Shown: positions 13,065 to 24,372 of the stretch, piece after piece
Layout of the letters: each line of letters opens with the position of its first letter
Position numbering within the stretch: position 1 is the first letter of the stretch
Source: Callorhinchus milii
Lineage: Eukaryota
Direction: 5' to 3'
DNA: 64,000 nt
NCBI RefSeq assembly: GCF_018977255.1
Contig: NW_024704743.1
Location: 66,466,001 to 66,530,000, forward strand
Translations under genes and position numbers: made by a program
The notes under the pieces: model-generated
Database searches by the model: none
What the model saw: only the letters and a program-made list of their open reading frames with translations
What the model was told of the DNA's origin: nothing

Positions 13065-13223
13065 CCAGGCAGTCCACCAGCTTCCATTACATTTGCCAGG
13101 GTCACATCATTGGACCAAACGTCATACTGCCACTTGCGAAGACCAAGCACCCCACAGAGCACCCTCCCTGTATGGAGACCCACACGCATGTTCAAATCAA
13201 CCTCCGTCGCTTCAGCTACAGAC
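13065..13223 (-). CDS. ADCY1: ADCY1 exon (exon 6 equivalent), C1a core
   Basis: tttgtag|G TCT GTA...CCT GG|gtaagt. Translates [53 protein letters not shown]. 159 nt. Confidence 0.97.
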
Positions 13224-13289
13224 CTACAAACAGTGAAGATCATAGAAAAGATCAATATAAGCAAGATGGTGGCAATATAAGCTAGATGG

Positions 13290-14048
13290 GATAGTTTTAA
13301 AAGGGGTGAAGGAACACAGAGACCTGGGGGTTCATATAAGTAAATCTTTGAAGGTGGCACAACAGGTAGATAAAACTGTTAAAAAAAAAAGCATATGGGA
13401 TACTAGGCTTCATAAATAGGGGCATGGAATACAAAAGTCAGCAAGTTATAATGAACTTTTATAAAACACTGATTAGGCCTCAGCTAGAGTACTGTGTTCA
13501 GTTCTGGGCGCCACACTTTAGGATGGATGTTAAGGCACTGGAGAGGGTGCAAAGGTGATTTCCTAGGATGGTACCAGGAATGAGTGACTTCAGTTATGAG
13601 GAGAGGCTAGAGAAGCCAGGATTATTCTCCTTCAAGCAGAGAAGGTTAAGAGGAGACTTAATAGAAGTTTTCAAAATTATGAGGGGATTCAATAGGATGA
13701 ACAAGGAGAAACTACTTCCACTGGCGGGTGGGTCGGTAACCTGAGGACACCGATTTAAAATAGTTGTTGAAAGAAACAGAGGAGAGGTGAGGAGACATTT
13801 TTTTACACAGCGAGTTGTTCGGATCTGGAATGCATTGCCTGAAAGGGTGGTGGAAGCCGATTTGACAACAACTTTTAAGAGAGAAGCAGATAATTATTTG
13901 GGTAGGTCAAATTTGCAGGGCTATAGGGAGAGAGTGGGGGAATGGGATTGATTTGGATAGCTCTTTTCAAAGACCCAGCACAGACACGATGGGCCAAATG
14001 GCCTCCTTATGCGCTGCATAATTCTATGATTCTATAATTCTACGATTA
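13290..14048 (+). mobile_element. CR1 LINE 3' fragment
   Basis: ORF2 C-terminal motifs RDLGV, RPQLEYCVQFW and RRLRGDLIEVFKI, with an (attctatg)n-type tail. Confidence 0.92.
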
Positions 14049-14806
14049 GTTATCATTTGGTGGAGGCATCTTCACATTTTATTCTGGATGGGAAAACATT
14101 GACAGACAAAGTGCAAATTGCATACAAGTGAGCCCACTGAACTTGGCATTGTTCTGGAGATTAAACCTAGAGTAGAAATCCTTTAATTAATTTACAACTT
14201 TAATTTGTGCAAATAGCATGCAGCAAGTATTTACCTCTTCAGTAACACTATCAATCTTTCATAATGAATAGTCAAAACTGAAATAAAATGCAGATCTCTA
14301 ACCAGAGCAGCAGAGGGTTCAAGCAAAACTAGGTTATAATACAGATTTCTGCCAAAGAACAGATGGAAATTAATAAGGCTCTAATGGTTCCCTCTTGCAA
14401 TTATAAGAAATAATCTGATTTCATTAAACAGTTGAGTGTCATTCTCTACTGCACTGTTTTCAAAGGTGTTATGTCAGTGTAGTGAAGGTAGGAAGGGAAA
14501 AGCTTATGAATGCTAAAACAGCCAAAACACAATTTCTTTCTACTACAAGGACTGCAATGAAAATTCCTGCCCAACAGCATGTCAGAACTATAGTTATATT
14601 CATGTTGCTATTTTATTTACTTTCAACAATGATTCTTAACAGTAAATCTCATTCAGAGAATTTCAAATACCAATTCTGACTTAATACACCCAATTGACAG
14701 ACCAACTTAACATAGATGGTTCATGAAATTGTCTTCATTTGCACAAATATAGAAAATAATACAAGCATATTTTCTGCTTTCTTCTGCAAAGTTGGATTTA
14801 ATGTTT

Positions 14807-15175
14807 ATAATAATAATCCTTGCATTTGATATAGCGTCTTATTACGTCTTCTAGATGTCTCAAAGGACTTCACAGAATATACTGTAAACTAATTGAATGT
14901 ATATTTTGTGGGCAAAATGTGGCAGCCAATTGCACACAGCAGTGTCCCACAAACAGTCATGGATGAAGTGACCAAATTATTATTATTTTTTGAAGGGATT
15001 ATTACCCCCGGAAAAACGATCCACCAATCGACTAACAACCAGGTTGCTATTTATTGCTAGGTAAACAGAGGTGTGGGGAGTGAGGAAACTTGCCCAACAT
15101 TTTGCCCTTACTTAGAATCGAATCCAGATCCTCTCACTTGTGAGGGAGTACTCTAACCACTAAACTACAGGATTA
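14807..15175 (-). mobile_element. SINE, long subfamily
   Basis: Contains the extra cctctgtttacctagca...gttagtcgattgg segment. Confidence 0.85.
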
Positions 15176-17399
15176 CAGGTATTTAAACATCTAACAAATT
15201 ACTGTATATAACCAGACAGATTATTATGCTAACAGTAAAGTGATGTTAATAATGTCTATTTATTACATAGATTACAATTTTGTTGCAATTTTGATCAGCC
15301 TTTTTACTCTATAATATAACTAAAAGATAAACAATAAAATAATACACAAGCATGTCAATTTATTTTATATTTGTGACTGTCCTACACATTTTACCCACGC
15401 ATTTTTATTTATTTCATGTCAGTCCATTCTCTTTCCCTTATCAAACGAAGCCACCCCCACTTTATATGTACATTTTGTGTCACACATGTTTATGTGACAT
15501 TATCAAGTAAATATCTGAATGAATTTGCTGTACATAATCATCAACATGAGCATATTAATACAAGCAAAGAAACTAAAAAGTGTATTGCTGAGAAAAAAAA
15601 TCTGTTTAAGGTGATAAATTTACAACAGAAATATTTGTCCGATCCAGACATATAGTATAAGCAGAAGCCGGATATAAAAAAGTTTTTCAGACTTTCCTTA
15701 CTTCATGTAATATATTAAGACAGACAATTTAAAATTAATAATTATTCAAATCCACAAAGGTATTTCATTATATAACGTGTTACAGATAGAATCAAACCAT
15801 TTGGCTCAACAGTCCATGCCAGTGTTTAAACCTTCTCTCCTCCTAAACCACTCCCCTATATTCTCTGTACTCTTTTTTCCTCATGGTTGCATCAAGTTGT
15901 TTTTCTCTCACAAAAACATTGATGCCTTCTGCTTTAAGCCCAGCTTGCGGCAGCAATGTCCATGCTCTTAAACTCCCTTTTAGATCTGATACTGGCTATC
16001 TTATGTTTATTCCCCCCCACTCCCATTATGGTATGTATGCTAATATAGGATCAAATTCAAAAAAAAAATTTGTTCAAAAAGAGAAGGGAGTTTCTCTCTT
16101 CCACTGTCCTAGTCAACAATCACCTAAATAAAAATCTGTCATTCACTGCGTGGCTGTTTGTAGAACATTGCTGTGAACAAAATTGGTTGCTGTATTCGGC
16201 CACAAATACACAGTCACCCCACTTCACAGTCAATCCTGTGAAGTACTTTGAGACGGTCCTTCTGACATGAAAGTCTCTATACCAAATGCAAGGATTATTA
16301 TTATTATTCAATTTCTCTTACTGTTAATGGGATTCCTTAATAAACGATCTGTGTCACACAAATACAACTCCTTCCGAAAGTTATCTTATCAACCCATGGG
16401 AATTGCTCTCTAATACAAGCTACTTGTGGAGTGCACTTGCAAAGGGTGACAGAGTTCTAATGGGATTCCTTATTAGGACATTGTATTAAACAATACATTA
16501 CAAATCAGTCCCTGAGATAGTGGTATGATATTGTATGTACTAGTGGTAAATGGGGAAAATAAAGTTTAAAAAGAGACAAAGACAGCTATATATATCTTCA
16601 AGCTAATCTTGTTTATATAAGAAATAGGAGCAGGAGTAGGCCATTCAGCCCCTCGAGCTGCCCCGCTTGAAAAATACAGTTGTCACTTCAAATATATCTT
16701 TTGGAAGGCCAAAAGTCTGCCAAAGCTAAAAAGAACAAACGTTACAATGTTAGCAACAAGAAAGCATATATAAAGTCAACAAACTTCGTAAAGTGCCACA
16801 GGCAAAATTGAAAAATGCCTACTGAGCTGAAAGAGTGAATCGAATGATTATTTCCAGGTGCACATCAAAGCATGTTCACCAAAATAAATTCCCTCCAACT
16901 GGGCAAGAGAATAAAACTTCAAAATTCATCATATAATACCTGAGATTGAAACCTCAAATGTCTCACAAAATCTCAGACTTTAAAAATATATTATGATTTT
17001 TAATGTAATCTCCCATTAGAGTAAAGATAGAACACAATGTATACCGCATACAAATAAAACTCAAATTTATCTGCAGAAGCTCTGCTCTACTAAAATCTGC
17101 ATTTGCACTGCACCGGAATATAGAAAACTCATCCATATTTTAGTAGAAAGTGTCTTCATAAGTAATACACAACTCCTTTTTGTCTCCAAGTCAGTCATGA
17201 GGCCTTTCATCAGCAGCACTTGATCCATTGTAGAGGCCAATTCTGTGAGCAGCAATAAGGTATTAGGAATGATCTGAACATTCTAAACACAGTCTATTGC
17301 TGTGCAACAGGAAGACCTATCATCAGATTTTCCACAGGGTTTAAATTTGGGAGGGAAATGGTAGTCACATGCGGCAGAAGCCAACCATTTATTACCTAT

Positions 17400-17790
17400 T
17401 ACCTGTGTTTGGAATTAAATTGCACTCTCTCCCTGGAGGGATGCATCCTGTTTTACCTAATTCCAGAGTGTAGTAGGCATATGTTGGCAAGAGGTAAGGC
17501 TTGGTGACCCTTAATGAGTTGAGTTTACTGCTGGAGTTTAACCAGTTAAAACTGCATAGCTTGCCATTGACAGCTCTATCTGTCAAGCTTTCCCACTAGC
17601 ATTCCAGCTAAGACCACCCAACCCATTAGGGTTTGAGCTTTTGGGTTTAATGGGAGATGAGTGGAAAGAATCCCTGCCCCTAGTCTACTTCATCAATGAG
17701 CCAGACTGGATGCCCTTTGAGCAGCAGTGCCCTGGAGTACTGTGAATCTGACGGGCTCAGCAACCGGACGACTGAGACCACCACAGAGAT
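17400..17790 (-). mobile_element. Unclassified family, copy B
   Basis: Colinear with 46700-47080 in reverse. Confidence 0.7.
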
Positions 17791-20109
17791 TTGACTCGAT
17801 TCCAACATTCCAATGGATTATCAGGAGTGGTGGTTGAGGCCAGGACACTGGACTCATTTAAGACACATGCTACATATTGCTACAGACACCACACCTGGTA
17901 ATCCATTGGAATGTTGGAATTGCCTTGGGATGTCCTCCCGACATGAAAGGGCTTTAAAAATATAATTTTGTTGTTGTTGTTGTTGATGGTGGGGTTCTGG
18001 AAGAATGAATAGGCTAAAGGTCTTCTTCATTCACATTTTTCATGACCTTGTGAATCTGCTGACCCAACTGATGTATATATTTATATGTATAAAGGAACCT
18101 TTCTTCACATTGTTCTGGGATCTAACAAATCAGCGTTCTTTAAAAACATCTGAAAGCCTTTGCAAGGGAGAGGTGCACCTTCTTCATCTGTTGCCGAAAT
18201 GACTCATCCGAACGTCCTTTCAGAGATGGGCCCTCCAAATGCAGAAAAGTAAAGAAATAGAAATAAAAATCATTATTTTTGATTTTTCTTCACATAAAAG
18301 TTTTCCAGTCAGTGATATGTGATCTTATGGTTTGAAAGCACTGTTTAAAGTTTGCACAAAATTATAAAGTTAGGCAGATATTTCACTAAAATATATTTAG
18401 TTGTTTTATACATAAAGAATTACATCAATTCTAATATTGTAGTTGGTAGTAGTTACTATCAAGCCCATTGTGGCTTTCCACTTAACAAAACTATTTTATT
18501 TACCTGATTTTGAAGTAAAAGATGTTCATTCCTCTCACTTTTGACTCCAGCATATTCTTTCCCTCCTGGCAATGAGTATTTCAAAATCAGTTCATGCAGA
18601 CAGTTAACCATTCAGTATGTAGGCTGCTCCTCCGCCTGGTGGGAATGGTAACTGTTTCTGAAATGTAGAGCCCAACTTGACTCTTTTTTCTCCAGGGAGT
18701 TCTGATGACATTTAATATATTCACCTGGAAGCCCCCTGCCTTGCAACAGTACCTGTAATTTTTTCCCACGTGTAAATCTTTCATGGTTATCCATTTCAAA
18801 GATGTGCTTTTGAAATATTGCACCAATCTAATGTGATACTCACAGTAATCACTGCATGTGCAGCACAGCACTGCAGTGTGTTCACTACTCAACTATACTG
18901 TCCCCACATGCAGAGTCATTGGTTTTCAATGCCACATTCCTAATACTGATATGAACTGATTTTAATCACAGTGACTTTCTAAAACCAGAGTAAAGATACA
19001 CCTCATCTAAATGTGACCTATGCTCAAAAGCTGGCTTAACTCTCGAGTCTGACACCATATAACTCGGTACGAAGTGCAGGGTGATCAAAGTTAATTGGAT
19101 TCACTCAGTAAAGTGCAAAATGCAATATTTTATAACACCTTTAACAGTTTATTATCACATTAAATGGGTTACAAAATGATGAAATTTCAGTTCATAATTA
19201 TTGGCTAATTTCCAGTCTGAACATCCCCTGACTTCAACACAATGGATTGGTCCAAAGTCTCGTTTTGTCAATTAATCTGTTCACAATTTGATGTGCTGTT
19301 TAGAGATAGCAGGCAAAAATATTTTCTATCAACCCCAGAATGCTGCTTCACATACCATTTGTCATACCTGTATCCCATTTTTGTTTGCCATTTTCTGTGA
19401 TCAGATGCACATAATTCTTCAACCCATCTTTGGCCAAAGGCAGAGGGGTGTTCCAAGCGATAATTATCTCAAAATCTGTTGTAAAACTTTATATATTTTC
19501 ACTCCATCCTCTAACTTTTTTTTCTCAAATACTAATTGAAAATATTTACTGACAAGTTAAACTTATATCAGAAAATATAAAATGTATAAATAACACTGAA
19601 GGAATACTATCCGCCCTCCCACATCCATTGCCTTAGAATAGCTATTTCAATAACCAGCTGATAAGTTTTCGTATCATGCTAAATGCTCAATCCTACTTTA
19701 TCAATCCTATTTCCTAGCTTTTAGTGATGTATAATTTGTTCCATTTCTTAATAATTAATCTTATTAGTGTTCTCATTGAATTGTGTTCCAGAAGTAAATC
19801 AAGTTACGTGTGCTGTGTTCGCCTACAAAAATACATCCAGTCACACTTCTTTGCAATATATCCTGTGAAGCACTTTGAGACTTCTGAATGATGTGATAAG
19901 ACTCTTTACAAAATGTGAGGATTATTATTAGGTTAGAGCAGAAATACCAAAAGTCAGTGTGACATTCGCCTGGTTACCAGGAGCTCCTTATTTGTGCAAC
20001 TCAAATTTCTCAGTAAGCAATCATATTAATATAGGAAAAGAGGAAGTCATTCAGCCCATCAAACCTGTTACATAATCACATTAAGAAATCTTGTAAGTTA
20101 TAGAACAGT

Positions 20110-20731
20110 ATAGCAAAATTACATTTGTATAGCGTCTTTCACGTCGGGAGGACATCCCAAGGAGCTGAACATTCAGGGATTAGGACCCAAGCAGGGGGCT
20201 GGGGTTGGGATCAGGGAGGGCAGAGAGGGTAGGAGGGTGGTCAAAGGCACGGTCAAAGAGGAGGGTCTTAAGGTGTGCCTTAAAGGAGGCAAGGGAGGGA
20301 GTGAGGTGAACAGAATGTGGGATGGAGTTCCAGAGGGTGGGGGCAGAGAGGCTGAAGGTCCGCCCGCCGATGGTGGGGCATGCCATGCGGGGAACATGGA
20401 GCAGGCCGGAGCCTGCTGAGAGGAGGGAGCGGACAGGTTGATAAGGGGTTAGCGGGTCAGAGAGGTAGGAGAGGACAAGGCCATGGAGGATCCTGAAGGT
20501 GAGGACGAGAATTTTGAACTCGATCCTCTGAGAGATGAGGAGCCAGTGGAGCTGGGCGAGGGTGGGGATGATGGGGTCATGGAGCCTAGTGCAGGAGAGG
20601 ACACAAGCTACAGAGGTCTGGATGATCTGTAGCTTGGGGAACGAAGAGTTGGGAAGGCCGACAAACAGAGAATTGGCACAGTCAAGCCTGGATGTAATGA
20701 AGGCATGTATGAAGTTATGCCTTCTTTCCAC
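20110..20731 (-). mobile_element. L2 LINE 3' fragment
   Basis: 183-aa ORF with HAFITSRLDCAN and LHWLLISQRIEFKILVL, plus a tail with the gggatgtcctcccgacgtgaaag stem-loop. Confidence 0.92.
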
Positions 20732-21519
20732 AATTTTCTCCTACTTTACATTATCCTTTGCTCTTTATTCTCTGCTTAATTTCTTATTTCAATGTTTAAA
20801 CTAGAGGAACACTTTATGACCAAAACATCAGGGTGAATTCTATGACATATGATATATTATTTATCATTGGTGCTAATTGTCACTTTGTTGATAAATACAG
20901 TTCACAAGGCCAGTCAATAGAAAACAGGCTCTGAATCTGTCCTCCCCTCTTCTGTCACATCGGTTGATCCCAAAGTTGGCCCATGATGGCCCATGCACTT
21001 GCTGGTTCAAGGAATGGAGAGCTGAGTCCCAGCAAATGCCTTAAATCTTATGCATAATAATACTAATATTAATCCTTGCATTTGATTTAGCGAGTTATCA
21101 TGACATTGAGACGTCTCAAAGCACTTCACAGAATATACTGTAACGTGGATTGACTATGTTTTTGGGAGGCAAAATAATTTAATTATTGTTGAATTACCCG
21201 AGTAGCCTGCCAACCAACATTTATCAATGATGTGATAATTATCGACACTGACAATGAACACGTCAAATCTCACAGGTTTCACTCCATCATTTCTGAACAT
21301 TTTCTTTTCTTAGTTTGTGTCCAAGTATCACATATCTTATCAGCTATGCCGAGAATGGTCCCTTCAGATGTTTCTATTACTGAAGTACCTCTGTCTATGC
21401 GACAAACAAACTCCTTTGCAAATATAATTTAATCCAAAAGCTTTACCTTAACAGGTTTTAGAAATAACTGAGGTGTCCCAATGTGAAATGGATCTTTGAG
21501 TGAATATCAAATGAGATGA

Positions 21520-22560
21520 GAATCATAGAATGATGCCACACTAAAACTGGCCAATTGACCATTGAAGTCTGCAGTGGTAAACTTTATTTGCTATTCCACA
21601 TGAATCGCCTAATCTCCACATTTTCCTGCTTGTTCTCCATACCCTTTAATGCTCCTTGTTTTCAAACATCTGTCTAATTCCTTTTTAAAGTAATTTATAG
21701 ATTCTGCTTGAACCGGTTTGTGGCAGAATATTCCATATTAAGTGCCTAACTTAAGTGTCTAAGTGTCACTTTTGGAAGTGTCTTCCGTTTAAATATTTTT
21801 TTTACTGACTACCATTTTATTCTTGTGATTATCTAAAATGTTGTACTTCTGGTTACTGACTCATCAACCAGTAGAAATAATCTATTACTATTTATCTTAT
21901 CATAACCCTTCGCAAACTTAAAGAATGCTATTAGGTCACTCTATAACCTGCTCAGGTTCAGTGAATAGGGTTCCTACCTTCTCAAGTCTCTATTCATAAC
22001 TGAACCTGGTAACAACAACAACAGCAAAATTACATTTGTATAGTGCCTTTCACGTCAGGAGGACATCCCAAGTCGCTGAACATCATAGTAAATAAAACAA
22101 TAATAATTTGATTACTCAATCCATGGCTGTTTTTGGAACATGTCTGTGTGTAATTGGCTGTCACATTTCACCCCAAAAATATACAGTCAATTAAATTTAC
22201 AGTATATTCTGTGAAGTGCTTTGAGACATTTCAAAAATGTGATAGGACGCAATATCAAATGCAAGGATTATTATTATTATGATTATACATCTCTGCTGCA
22301 CCTTTTCTATTGCTTTTATACCTTTCCTGTAATGGGGTTCGCAAAACTGCACATAAAATTCCAACTGTGGCCTAAACAAGGTCTTGCACATGGTCACAAT
22401 TACTTCCTTGCTTTTTATTCTATGCCTCTAGAAACAAAAACTAAGGATTCAATTTTTCCTATTTTATGATTTTAGTTAGCTATATAGTCACATTTAATGA
22501 AATTTCCTTCTGCATTCCAAAGTCCCACTGTTACTGTACTCTATTTAAACATTTACCAAT
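21520..22560 (-). mobile_element. Degraded CR1 LINE 3' part with a nested L2 tail and SINE fragment
   Basis: LFRPQLEFYVQF motif at about 22330-22390 and a CR1-type 3' end near 21520. Inserts at 22010-22280. Confidence 0.7.
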
Positions 22561-22837
22561 TTAAATGTTTTTCCTTTTTCCTATTCTTACAATCAAAAAA
22601 AGAGACTGCCACTAAAGAAGAGAATATCCAGGCAAGATCATCTTCAAGTATTTAACAACAACAAGATTCCATTTATAGAGTGCCTTTCACGTCGGGAGGA
22701 CGTCCCAAGGCGCTGGAGATTTAAGATCTGAAGGGTAGAGATAAACAGAACCCTATTGATGTTTGGGAACTGTCAATAAGATAATACTTATTTTAAATAT
22801 CAGTTACTGAAACCTAAATAAATAGTAATAGATTATT

Positions 22838-23165
22838 GGAGTCCTGTAGCTCAGTGGTTAGAGCACTCGCTTTGCAAGTGAGAGACCTGAGTTCAATTCC
22901 AGGCAGAGGGCGAAACCTTGGGCAAGTTTCCTTACTCCACACACCTAATAATAATCCCTCCAAAAACCAAAAACAATAATTAAATTGGTCATTTTCAATC
23001 TACGACTGTTTGTGGGACATTGCTGTGCGCAATTGGCTGCCGCGTTCGCCCACAAATATACAGTCAATTCACTTTACAGTGTGTTCTGTGAAGCGCTTTG
23101 GGACGTCCTCCCGACGTGAAAAGCGCTATATCAAATGCAAGGATTATTATTATTATTATTATTAT
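22838..23165 (+). mobile_element. Young tRNA(Ala)-like SINE, best full-length copy
   Basis: ggagtcctgtagctcagtggttagagcactcgctttgcaagtgagagacctgagttcaattcc has A and B boxes and a TGC anticodon-like loop. Deu-like 3' body, stem-loop, (TTA)n. Confidence 0.95.
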
Positions 23166-23476
23166 AAGCGAGAGGATCTGGATTTGATTCCTGGGCAGGA
23201 GAAAATGTTGGCCAAGTTTCCTTACTCCACATGCCTCTGCTTACCTTGCAGTAAGTAGGAATCTGGTTGTTAGTCGATTGGCGGATTGCTTTTAATAATT
23301 CCTTAAAAAAGTTTGGTCACTCAATTCACAACTGTTTGTGGGACTCTGCTGTGCATAATTCGTTTCACCCACAAAATATACAGTCAATTCACTTTGCAGT
23401 TATTCTGTGAAGTGCTTTGAGATGTCTAGAAGACATGATAAGGCTTATGTCAAATGCAAGGATTATTACTATTATT
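23166..23476 (+). mobile_element. SINE long subfamily lacking the head 5' half
   Basis: Starts mid-tRNA directly after the tail of the younger copy. Confidence 0.85.
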
Positions 23477-24089
23477 TAATTACTTAGCACAGAGGTGAAC
23501 TTGAATGCTGAGTTTCTGGATTACCCAGCGAGAAGGTGGACAGATTGTGTCGGCAAATCTAAGAGGATTAGACAGCTTTTGACAAACAAAATCAGTAGAA
23601 GGATTTAAGACATAGCACAATACAGTAATATTTTGTTATTTTTTTTAAAATTTGCTTATTTTGAGACTGATAAATCTCAATGCTCTTTTCCAGTCCTCTA
23701 CATTTCTATGTTCCAAGGTGAAAGTCTAAAATGCTCTGTTTAGATTCCCAGGATTGAATGATCAGTCAAGCATGCTTATGTTTAAAGTAAAGTATCCAAT
23801 TATGACAAACAAGGTAACGCTCAAATGAATCCAGTATTAAGTGAAGGTCAAGAGTCCTTCTGCTGAGGAGAAGAGACTGTTTTTTTTAGGGGGGACAGTC
23901 AGAAAAAGAAATATTGCTTATAGGCAAATAGCTTGAAAAACCTTTTGCATGTTTCGTGTACATTTGTTGCCTTTTTCTAAATAATAGTGAGTAATGTGGA
24001 AATGACAAATATACTGAGATATAGAGTGTTGTATGAGGAGGAAGAATTATGGTCAAAAGAGATTGTCACTACATTTAATCCAGCTACTC

Positions 24090-24372
24090 ACATCCCCTGC
24101 CTTGCTCGCCCGACTATTGGCTGGCGGGCTTTCCGCCACTCTGCCCCCACCCTCTGGAACTCCATCCCAAAATCCGTCCGTCTTTGCCTCTCTTGCCACC
24201 TTCAAGACCCATGTCAAGAACCTCCTCTTTGACTGTGCTTTTGATCTCCCTGTTTCCCCCACCCTCCCTCACCCCAACACCCAACTTGGGTCTGTAACTC
24301 TGTCTGTCCAGCGCCTTGGGACGTCCTCCTGACGTGAAAGAAGTTATACAAATGTAATTTTATTCGTGTTGT
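24090..24372 (+). mobile_element. L2 LINE 3' end
   Basis: RAFRHSAPTLWNSIP and FKTHVKNLLF, then agcgccttgggacgtcctcctgacgtgaaag. Confidence 0.88.

Noticed and set aside
17170..17225. CTGATGA hammerhead-like core on the minus strand
   Set aside because: No properly placed GAAA or closing stems found.
22838..22910. tRNA-Ala-like gene
   Set aside because: It is the SINE head. It runs into the repeat body, lacks a proper acceptor stem and recurs many times.
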